IMG/VR virus record: IMGVR_UViG_2851949629_000003
Length of the DNA stretch: 22,307 nucleotides
Strand: one strand, 5' to 3'
DNA from: a virus
Taxonomy: Duplodnaviria; Heunggongvirae; Uroviricota; Caudoviricetes
In this document: positions 17,092 through 22,307 of the stretch, in pieces
How the letters are laid out: each line of letters opens with the position of its first letter
How positions within the stretch are numbered: position 1 is the first letter of the stretch
Position numbers and translations under genes: made by a program
The notes under the pieces: generated by a model
What the model was told of the DNA's origin: nothing
Seen by the model: only the letters and a program-made list of their open reading frames with translations
Databases searched by the model: none

Positions 17092-17267
17092 TTGTTAACC
17101 TCCGCGAACTCCTTCATGAAACGTGCCAGCGGTTGTACGCATGGCGATTGATACCCGTCGCGATAAAACGTCACTCGGTTGTGAGACACGCTTTCGACAG
17201 TAACGAGTGCTCCGTGGGCATCTTTGTAGCGTTTTTGAGGTTGTGGTGTTCCTGTCGGCTTAAACAT
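17085..17267 (-). CDS. Hypothetical small protein (60 aa from MFKPTGT...; track ORF extends to 17354)
   Basis: ATG at 17265-17267 with GGAGG Shine-Dalgarno. Overlaps the upstream stop by 8 nt. Confidence 0.5.
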   Translation of the reverse strand: MFKPTGTPQPQKRYKDAHGALVTVESVSHNRVTFYRDGYQSPCVQPLARFMKEFAEVNKC

Positions 17268-17984
17268 GGACCGCCTCCAGACGCTTGGCGAGCCAGCGTT
17301 GCGACAGGCGGGTGAGTTCTCCTTTGCGCTGCTCATATTCCATGCCCATATCAATTAACGTGATATTGGTGCTTTCGAGATATGAGAGGTGCTCAAGCTG
17401 TTCTGCGTTCATATGGTCGCGAGGTTCGCCAGAATAGCCATTTATCCGCGCCCACTGCTTAGCAGTTAGCCCACCAAGAACGATACGAGAAATCATATTG
17501 CTCTCGTTTGTGTAGTGGTGTTGCTGCGTCGTTTTCCCCATCTCGGCACGGGCCATATTCAGCGCATCGCACATTGGCTTAAAGTTGTTTGCGGCACTGA
17601 TACGGGCTTTTAGCTGGCGACGATAGCGGGCGGCGATTTCAGGCACGCTACGCTGTAATTCTTCCTCGCACTGGATGAAATAACGGCGGATAGCGCGACC
17701 CTGATCATTGCGTTCGATCATTGCCAGTTCTTTTGCCATTCCGACACTTAACAGATAGTCTTTACCGGGTCTGCCAGAGTGCTTAATCTTGCTGTAAGCC
17801 GCGCTATTCGGGCTTTTCCCCAAATTTGGGGAAATAGTTTTATGGACTGAGTAATCGTGCCCAATGGTGAAGTCATATTCAGAGATGCGATCAGTGATCC
17901 ATGTAGAGAAGTCTTTTCCCACGCCCAACGCTTTGTGTAACGCTTTTGCGCTAACAATATTGGTTTCACGCCCACCTATATGAC
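17260..17984 (-). pseudogene. AntA-domain (phage antirepressor-type) gene, 5' end removed by IS66 copy 2
   Basis: Motifs SAKALHKALGVGKDFSTWI and GRPGKDYLLSVGMAKELAMIERNDQGRAIRRYFIQCE fit the AntA-type N-terminal domain as recalled. The frame is open from inside the IS terminus with no ATG or GTG start and no Shine-Dalgarno; the track's start is a TTG. Confidence 0.6.
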
Positions 17985-18014
17985 GTAAGCGTCAACGGAG
18001 CACCGTATTGACGC

Positions 18015-19628
18015 TTATTTATTAGTGAGTACTACGTTCCATGGCAGGAGTTCGTCAACTCGGTTGGAAGGCCATTCCGGCAGTACGCTCAGGATATGGC
18101 GCAGATACGCTTCCGGATCGATACCATTCAACCGGCAGGTGCCGATCAGCCCGTACAACAGTGCACCACGCTCGCCGCCGTGATCGCTACCGAAGAACAC
18201 GTAATTTTTCTTTCCGAGACAGACTGCACGAAGCGCTCTTTCCGCTGTGTTATTGTCCGCCTCCGCCAGACCGTCATCACAGAAGTTGCACAACGCAACC
18301 CAGTGCTTCCTGATATACCGGAACGCATCTCTCAGACGGCATTTTTTCGATAACGTGTGTTCTTTCTCCTGCATCAGCTTATACAGGGAAGTCAGTAGCG
18401 GTTTACTCTGCATTTGCCTGACCGCCAGGCGTTCAGACACCGGCAACCCGCGTATTTCGTGCTCAATGGCGTACAGTTCGCCGATTAGTTTCAGTGCTTC
18501 TTCCGCCGTCGCGCTTTTGGTACTGATATATACATCGTGGATTTTGCGCCGCGCATGAGCCCAGCATCCTGCTTCCGTCAACGCGCCGCCTTCACGTTCG
18601 GCACTGAACAGCCGATCGTAACCTGCGAACGCATCTGCCTGCAGGATACCCCGGAAGGGACGAAGGTGTTGCTCCGGATGTTTACCCTGATGGTCCGGTG
18701 AGTAGGCGAACCAGACCGCCGGAGGTTCTGGCGAACCGGCATTTCGGTCATCCCGGACATACGTCCAGATATATCCTGTTTTCGCCTTCTTCCTGCCCGG
18801 TGCCAGTACTTTTACTGGTGTGTCATCAGTGTGAACCTTGCGGGTGTTCATCACATAACTGTACAGGGCATCATTCAGCGGAGTCATTAACTGGCAGCAC
18901 GCATCAACCCAGTTGGAGAGTAAGGCACGGCTCAGTTCGACACCCTGGCGGGCAAAGATTTCACTCTGACGATACAGTGGCAGGTGTTCGCAGTATTTTC
19001 CCGTTAACACGCGGGCAAGTAACCCCGGGCCCGCGATACCACGCTCTATCGGACGGGATGGTGCCGGTGCTTCAACGATGCAGTCACATTTTGTACAGGC
19101 TTTTTTTACCCGTTCTGTGCGGATCACTTTCAGGGCGCTGCTCACCAGCTCCAGTTGTTCTGCGCTGACTTCCCCCAGATAATCCAGCTCACCGCCACAC
19201 TCCGGGCAACAGCTTTCTTCAGGCTCCAGGCGGTATATTTCACGGGGGAGATGTGCCGGTAACGGACGACGATGGCGCGACTGTCGCAACTGGCGGGGAA
19301 CCAGCGGGTCATCCTCACGCCCACTGTAACGATCGCTTTCCTGCTCGCGTTGTTTCAGCAGGACTTCAGCCTGTTCAACCTCACTACGCAGTTTTTCAGA
19401 ACGGGTTCCGAACAGCATCCGGCGCAGTTTTTCTATCTGAGCCCGCAGATGCTCTATTTCTCGCTCATCTTCTTCGATCTTTTCTTCGGCACGTGCCAGT
19501 GCAGAGCGCAGGAAGGCCTCCGTCTCTTCAACCAGACTCAGTTGCTGGTCTTTCTGACGGAGGGCTTCAGCCTGCTCAGAGAGCAGCCTTTCCAGCTCAG
19601 CGATGCGAATGAGGTATTTCTGACCCAT
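18015..19628 (-). CDS. tnpC: IS66-family transposase TnpC (537 aa), copy 2
   Basis: Collinear with the copy-1 TnpC, about 90% identical by eye. Confidence 0.9.
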   Translation of the reverse strand: MGQKYLIRIAELERLLSEQAEALRQKDQQLSLVEETEAFLRSALARAEEKIEEDEREIEHLRAQIEKLRRMLFGTRSEKLRSEVEQAEVLLKQREQESDRYSGREDDPLVPRQLRQSRHRRPLPAHLPREIYRLEPEESCCPECGGELDYLGEVSAEQLELVSSALKVIRTERVKKACTKCDCIVEAPAPSRPIERGIAGPGLLARVLTGKYCEHLPLYRQSEIFARQGVELSRALLSNWVDACCQLMTPLNDALYSYVMNTRKVHTDDTPVKVLAPGRKKAKTGYIWTYVRDDRNAGSPEPPAVWFAYSPDHQGKHPEQHLRPFRGILQADAFAGYDRLFSAEREGGALTEAGCWAHARRKIHDVYISTKSATAEEALKLIGELYAIEHEIRGLPVSERLAVRQMQSKPLLTSLYKLMQEKEHTLSKKCRLRDAFRYIRKHWVALCNFCDDGLAEADNNTAERALRAVCLGKKNYVFFGSDHGGERGALLYGLIGTCRLNGIDPEAYLRHILSVLPEWPSNRVDELLPWNVVLTNK

Positions 19629-19658
19629 GGCCGTTTTTATAATCCGGCCCGGCGTTTT

Positions 19659-20009
19659 TTACAACATTGTCAGTGCGTTAAGGCGGGATGTTTTTGGCTG
19701 ACGCCAGTCCAGCTTATCGAGGAGCATTGCCAGTTGCGAGCGGGTAATGGATATCTTACCGTCATGCACCGCAGGCCAGATAAACTGACCTTCCTCAAGG
19801 CGTTTGGTGAACAGGCACAGACCATCAGCATCAGCCCACAGGATTTTAATCGTGTCTCCCCGTCGGCCACGGAAGATAAACAGGTGACCGGAGAAGGGGT
19901 TATCATCCAGCACATGCTGTATCTGCTCCCCCAGACCGTTGAAGGATTTACGCATATCAGTAACGCCGGCAACGAGCCAGATACGGGTACCTGATGGGAG
20001 TGAAATCAT
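19659..20009 (-). CDS. tnpB: IS66-family TnpB (116 aa), copy 2
   Basis: Collinear with the copy-1 TnpB. Confidence 0.85.
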   Translation of the reverse strand: MISLPSGTRIWLVAGVTDMRKSFNGLGEQIQHVLDDNPFSGHLFIFRGRRGDTIKILWADADGLCLFTKRLEEGQFIWPAVHDGKISITRSQLAMLLDKLDWRQPKTSRLNALTML

Positions 20010-20443
20010 CGTCCCCTCCCGGTCAGCTCACGGATCAACACCGTGAGCAGCTCTGGTGAAGGATTTTCCAGCATCATTTTACCGTAATGGAATTCCACAT
20101 GGCAGGAAGCTGCACAAGCAACTGATAATGCCTCCGGAGCAGGAGCATCTGTAGCACAGCGCGGGGTGTCGATAAGTTCCACTGGAACCAGAGTCGGAGA
20201 GGCCGGAAAAGATTGTGATACTGTAGGGCCTACAATAGTTGGAGGCATTCTACGAGAAATACGTCCTTCTCTTTGCCAGAGGCGTAGCCATTTAAAAATC
20301 AGGTTGTTATCAACGCCATGTTCCCGGGCCAGTTGTGCAACATTGGCATTTGGTTTCGAAGCCAGTTCAACCATATGAAGTTTAAATTCATTAGAAAATA
20401 TCCGGCGGGTTCCGGAGCGCCAGTCTGTAGGTTTATCCATCAA
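20006..20443 (-). CDS. tnpA: IS66-family TnpA (145 aa), copy 2
   Basis: Conserved N-terminal segment (FKLHMVELASKP...IFKWLRLWQ); middle region diverged from copy 1. Confidence 0.85.
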   Translation of the reverse strand: MMDKPTDWRSGTRRIFSNEFKLHMVELASKPNANVAQLAREHGVDNNLIFKWLRLWQREGRISRRMPPTIVGPTVSQSFPASPTLVPVELIDTPRCATDAPAPEALSVACAASCHVEFHYGKMMLENPSPELLTVLIRELTGRGR

Positions 20444-20521
20444 TAGAACTCCGTCTAATTTAGAAGGAGCTCTAATTTAGTCTGCAAGGAGCAGGTGTTA
20501 CAGACGGCATTGGCTTTACGC

Positions 20522-20665
20522 TTACACAAAAGCAATTGCCCGACTTCCAATTTTTACCTGTTTAGGGAACCTCCCCTGACTAATAAGACGATAAATCCAT
20601 GCTTTGCTATAACCAGTTCGCCTTTGAACTTCAGAGAGACGAATTAATGAATTGTAATTAGCCAT
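20522..20665 (-). pseudogene. alpA: alpA-like (AlpA-family helix-turn-helix regulator) gene, 3' end truncated by IS66 copy 2
   Basis: Not in the track (47 codons). ATG at 20663-20665 with AGGA upstream. Translates to MANYNSLIRLSEVQRRTGYSKAWIYRLISQGRFPKQVKIGSRAIAFV; the stop codon is supplied by the IS terminus. Intact AlpA-family proteins are about 65-70 aa, so roughly 20 codons are missing. Confidence 0.6.
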
Positions 20666-21092
20666 TTATTAATATCCTGTACTAATGACGCAATAACCCC
20701 CTCCTGCAACGAATGGCGAGAGTTTTATTTGCGTCAAATGTCGAATACGCCAAAGACCACAATATGAAAAACATATTGCGGTCTTTTATAAAAGATAGTC
20801 AGATTGTTTTGGTTTGTTTGCTCCACAAGGGTAGAGCTACCCTGCATTTCGGCAGGATCACGCTATTAGGCGTGACATCCAGTAGTTTTAAAGAACAATT
20901 GCGCTTTGTCAGCGCCAAAGCCTGTTAAAGAACATTCCGCTTTTCAGCAGCGTAGAAGGCTCAATACACCTTCGTTTATAAAAGAGCGATTGCCCTTCTC
21001 CAGGGCTAACTGTTAAATAGCAATCCTCTGTGAGTTTTTATCAATCTACTCCCCTATACTTTAGTAAACCTCTGTATACTTGTCCAGTTGTT

Positions 21093-22307
21093 TCATGCGT
21101 GTTTTTCAAACACCATATGCACCACATTTCCGCCATGCTCGAGAGAATCCATATAGTCGGCATACCATTGAAGCATCTCCCGCCGTCCATCCAGATATTG
21201 CGCATGGTTGTATGTGCCACGAATTGAGTTCTTATCAACGTGAGCGAGCTGCGTTTCTATCCACGCGGTGTTATAGCCCTGCTCATGCAAAATCGTGCTC
21301 ATAGTGTGTCGGAACCCATGACCAGTTACACGTCCAGCGTAGCCAATGCGCTTAAACACTTGGTTTATGCTGGCCTCACTCATTGTTTTCCTTGGATCAT
21401 TGCGCCCGGGAAACATAAGAGGGTAATTGCCTGTTATTTCTCTAATCTTCCCAATAAGCGAAAGAGCCTGCTCAGACAATGGCACAATATGAGGCCGCCG
21501 CATTTTCATACGTGAAGCGGGTATCTCCCATATAGCCTTGTTGAAATCAATTTCATCCCATAATGCGCCACGTAGTTCGCCAGTTCGCAAGCCGGTGATA
21601 ATCAGTAGGCGAGCCGCCATAACAACCAATGCGCTTCCTGAGTAACTGGATAATGCCTTGAAAAAATCAGGTAATTCTTTGGTCGTAAGGAAAGGGTAAT
21701 GATTAGATTCATGGCCTTGCATCGCGCTAGTAAGGTCTGGTGCAGGGTTATACTCTGCGCGACCAGTGACTATTGCATAGCGGAAAACTTCCCCGCACCG
21801 CTGCCTCACTTTTTTGGCTTTTTCTGTCGCACCGCGCCCCTCGATGCGCCGCAGCACATTCAGAAGTTCAAGTGGTTTGATTTCGGCGATTGGTTTTTTG
21901 CCAATGTAAGGGAACACATCTTTGTTGAAGGCTTCGAGGATGTCTGAAGCATAACCAGCAGACCATTTTTTTAATTTGCTGCTGTGCCACTCAAGGGCAA
22001 TATCTTTGAAGGTGTTGTTTAACTGCGTTTCCCGGGCAATCTTTTCCTCTCGTTTCGCTTCCATCGGATCGATACCACCAGCGATACCTCTTTTCGCATC
22101 TTCACGTTTTGCCCGAGCATCGGCTAGAGTAACCTCAGGATACACACCTAGTGCCAATAGCTTCTCTTTACCAGCTACACGATATTTAAGTCGCCAGTAT
22201 TTACCTCCATTAGGTTTTACCAAGAGATACAAACCGCCACCATCGGCCAGCTTGTAAGCCTTCTCTTTTGGCTTGGCTGTGTCTATTTGACGGGCATTGA
22301 GTTTCAC
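21093..22307 (-). CDS. int: P4-type tyrosine integrase (404 aa in window; N-terminus at or beyond the right edge)
   Basis: Catalytic-region motifs GLRTGELRGALWDEIDF, GHGFRHTMST and RGTYNHAQYL; N-terminal KPKEKAYKLADGGGLYLLVKPNGGKYWRLKY arm-binding-like segment. Start codon at the window edge is GTG, so the gene may begin outside. Confidence 0.9.
   Translation of the reverse strand: MKLNARQIDTAKPKEKAYKLADGGGLYLLVKPNGGKYWRLKYRVAGKEKLLALGVYPEVTLADARAKREDAKRGIAGGIDPMEAKREEKIARETQLNNTFKDIALEWHSSKLKKWSAGYASDILEAFNKDVFPYIGKKPIAEIKPLELLNVLRRIEGRGATEKAKKVRQRCGEVFRYAIVTGRAEYNPAPDLTSAMQGHESNHYPFLTTKELPDFFKALSSYSGSALVVMAARLLIITGLRTGELRGALWDEIDFNKAIWEIPASRMKMRRPHIVPLSEQALSLIGKIREITGNYPLMFPGRNDPRKTMSEASINQVFKRIGYAGRVTGHGFRHTMSTILHEQGYNTAWIETQLAHVDKNSIRGTYNHAQYLDGRREMLQWYADYMDSLEHGGNVVHMVFEKHA

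Larger units (their letters stand above)
17985..20525 (-). mobile_element. IS66-family insertion sequence, copy 2 (2541 bp), diverged from copy 1; no target-site duplication
   Basis: Same end motifs (GTAAGCG / CGCTTAC) and three-ORF layout. Flanking 8-mers differ (TATATGAC vs ACAAAAGC). Right-end non-coding region and TnpA/TnpC C-termini differ from copy 1. Confidence 0.9.

Noticed and set aside
18041-19994. Plus-strand ORFs inside IS66 copy 2 (e.g. 18698-19168, 19272-19994 at 240 aa)
   Set aside because: Same reasoning: antisense to TnpC/TnpB, and the 240-aa frame simply spans the tnpB-tnpC junction on the opposite strand.
20713-21304. Small ORFs (71, 65, 65, 74 aa) between the alpA-like gene and the integrase and over the integrase 3' end
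   Set aside because: No ribosome-binding sites; two overlap the integrase coding region on the opposite strand. The region is better explained as the int-alpA intergenic and regulatory spacer.

Overview
The window reads as a mosaic integrative island from an enterobacterium (E. coli/Shigella-like is my inference, not a search result). Everything below comes from reading the sequence and the supplied ORF track; no homology search was run, so all family names are recalled motif matches. Left to right: the 3' end of a chromosomal LysR-type regulator gene (1-411); a PerC-like regulator gene (887-1174, -); a ~130-bp cluster of GTTGGTTCA iterons (1204-1336); an accessory module with an RHH-type DNA-binding protein, a small XhlA-like membrane protein, a ~500-bp gap carrying a repeated GCGCGTACTGT motif, and a strongly AT-rich four-helix membrane protein (1434-3325); a coupled minus-strand operon of low-complexity Q/A/G-rich proteins (10720 -> 3344) whose last gene is split in-frame by an IS66-family element with a perfect 8-bp target duplication; an inverted second copy of the iteron cluster (11161-11286); a long translationally coupled operon ending in a 919-aa zinc-finger/TOPRIM/P-loop primase-helicase (17984 -> 11305); a second, diverged IS66-family element with no target duplication that truncates both an AntA-like gene and an alpA-like gene; and a P4-type tyrosine integrase running off the right edge (21093-22307). 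The most likely candidates for an undescribed system are the AT-rich membrane protein with its motif-bearing upstream gap, and the P22-like ejection-protein-like cassette sitting between duplicated iteron clusters of a P4-type replication module. No rRNA, tRNA or CRISPR array is visible.
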